Translations under genes and position numbers: made by a program | Notes under the pieces: generated by a model | The model's database searches: none | What the model was told of the DNA's origin: nothing | Seen by the model: the letters and a program-made list of their open reading frames with translations, nothing else | Assembly: GCA_034780895.1 (NCBI GenBank) | Contig: JAUZTB010000017.1 | Span: 33,743,737-33,807,736, forward strand | Direction: 5' to 3' | Source of the DNA: Rhynchobatus australiae | Lineage: Eukaryota | Length of the DNA: 64,000 nt | Shown: positions 63,721-64,000 of the stretch, in pieces | How the letters are laid out: every line of letters begins with the position of its first letter | How positions within the stretch are numbered: position 1 is the first letter of the stretch

Positions 63721-63824
63721 TTGACCGCCTGCTTTTCTCCACAGATGTTGCCTGGCCTGCTGAGTACCTCCAGGACCATGATGTTTTTCATCTTGATTCC
63801 AGCATCTGCAGCCCTTTGTTTCCC

Positions 63825-63970
63825 TATCATCCTATTACTGTTTGTGGGATCTTGTTTGTACAAATTAGCCACAATAACTTTCTGCTTTACCATATATGGC
63901 ACTTCAAAAAGTACCCTATTGATTATCGGGGATATCGTTGGATGGTAAAAGGGATAAAAAGTAGATGCAG
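63825..63970 (+). mobile_element. Deu-domain SINE 3' fragment
   Basis: TTACTGTTTGTGGGATCTTG..GTACAAATTAGC...CACTTCAAAAAGTAC matches the SINE 3' part. Confidence 0.5.
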
Positions 63971-64000
63971 AATAGAAAAATGCTGTTCAACCCTTCGTGG

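Noticed and set aside
39900-64000. Search for a neighbouring gene upstream of MINPP1
   Set aside because: No exon with recognisable protein homology. The recognisable ORFs there are retroelement-derived.

Overview
Vertebrate genomic DNA from a gappy scaffold. The repeat complement (CR1/HER1-like LINEs, HE1-like V-SINEs, SacSINE1/Deu-like SINEs, Penelope, RTE, Rex1 tails) points to a cartilaginous fish, probably a ray or shark (inference). One protein-coding gene is supported: a minus-strand MINPP1-family inositol-polyphosphate phosphatase with four coding exons (38683-37921, 29243-29146, 27961-27727, 3602-3194). All splice sites are GT-AG with matching phases. The CDS is 1404 nt (467 aa) if a 100-N gap inside exon 3 is closed with a 1-nt overlap. 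The protein has a signal peptide, RHGTRYP and HAE motifs and a C-terminal HDEL. The rest is introns and intergenic DNA full of decayed retroposons. I found no convincing new multi-gene system. The best leads are: (1) coding exon 1 spans what I recall as human exons 1+2; (2) two cysteines appear to be lost together; (3) a uORF is followed by an in-frame GUG in a perfect Kozak -6..-1 context; (4) an old ~2.5-3 kb block is duplicated between introns 1 and 3 with copy-specific insertions; (5) Penelope-type minimal hammerhead ribozyme relics, one in a 139-bp TSD-flanked insertion; (6) a degenerate 28-bp minisatellite starts at the promoter edge; (7) a CTCF-like motif cluster lies in intron 1. Repeat boundaries are approximate, and family names and human comparisons come from memory, not database searches.
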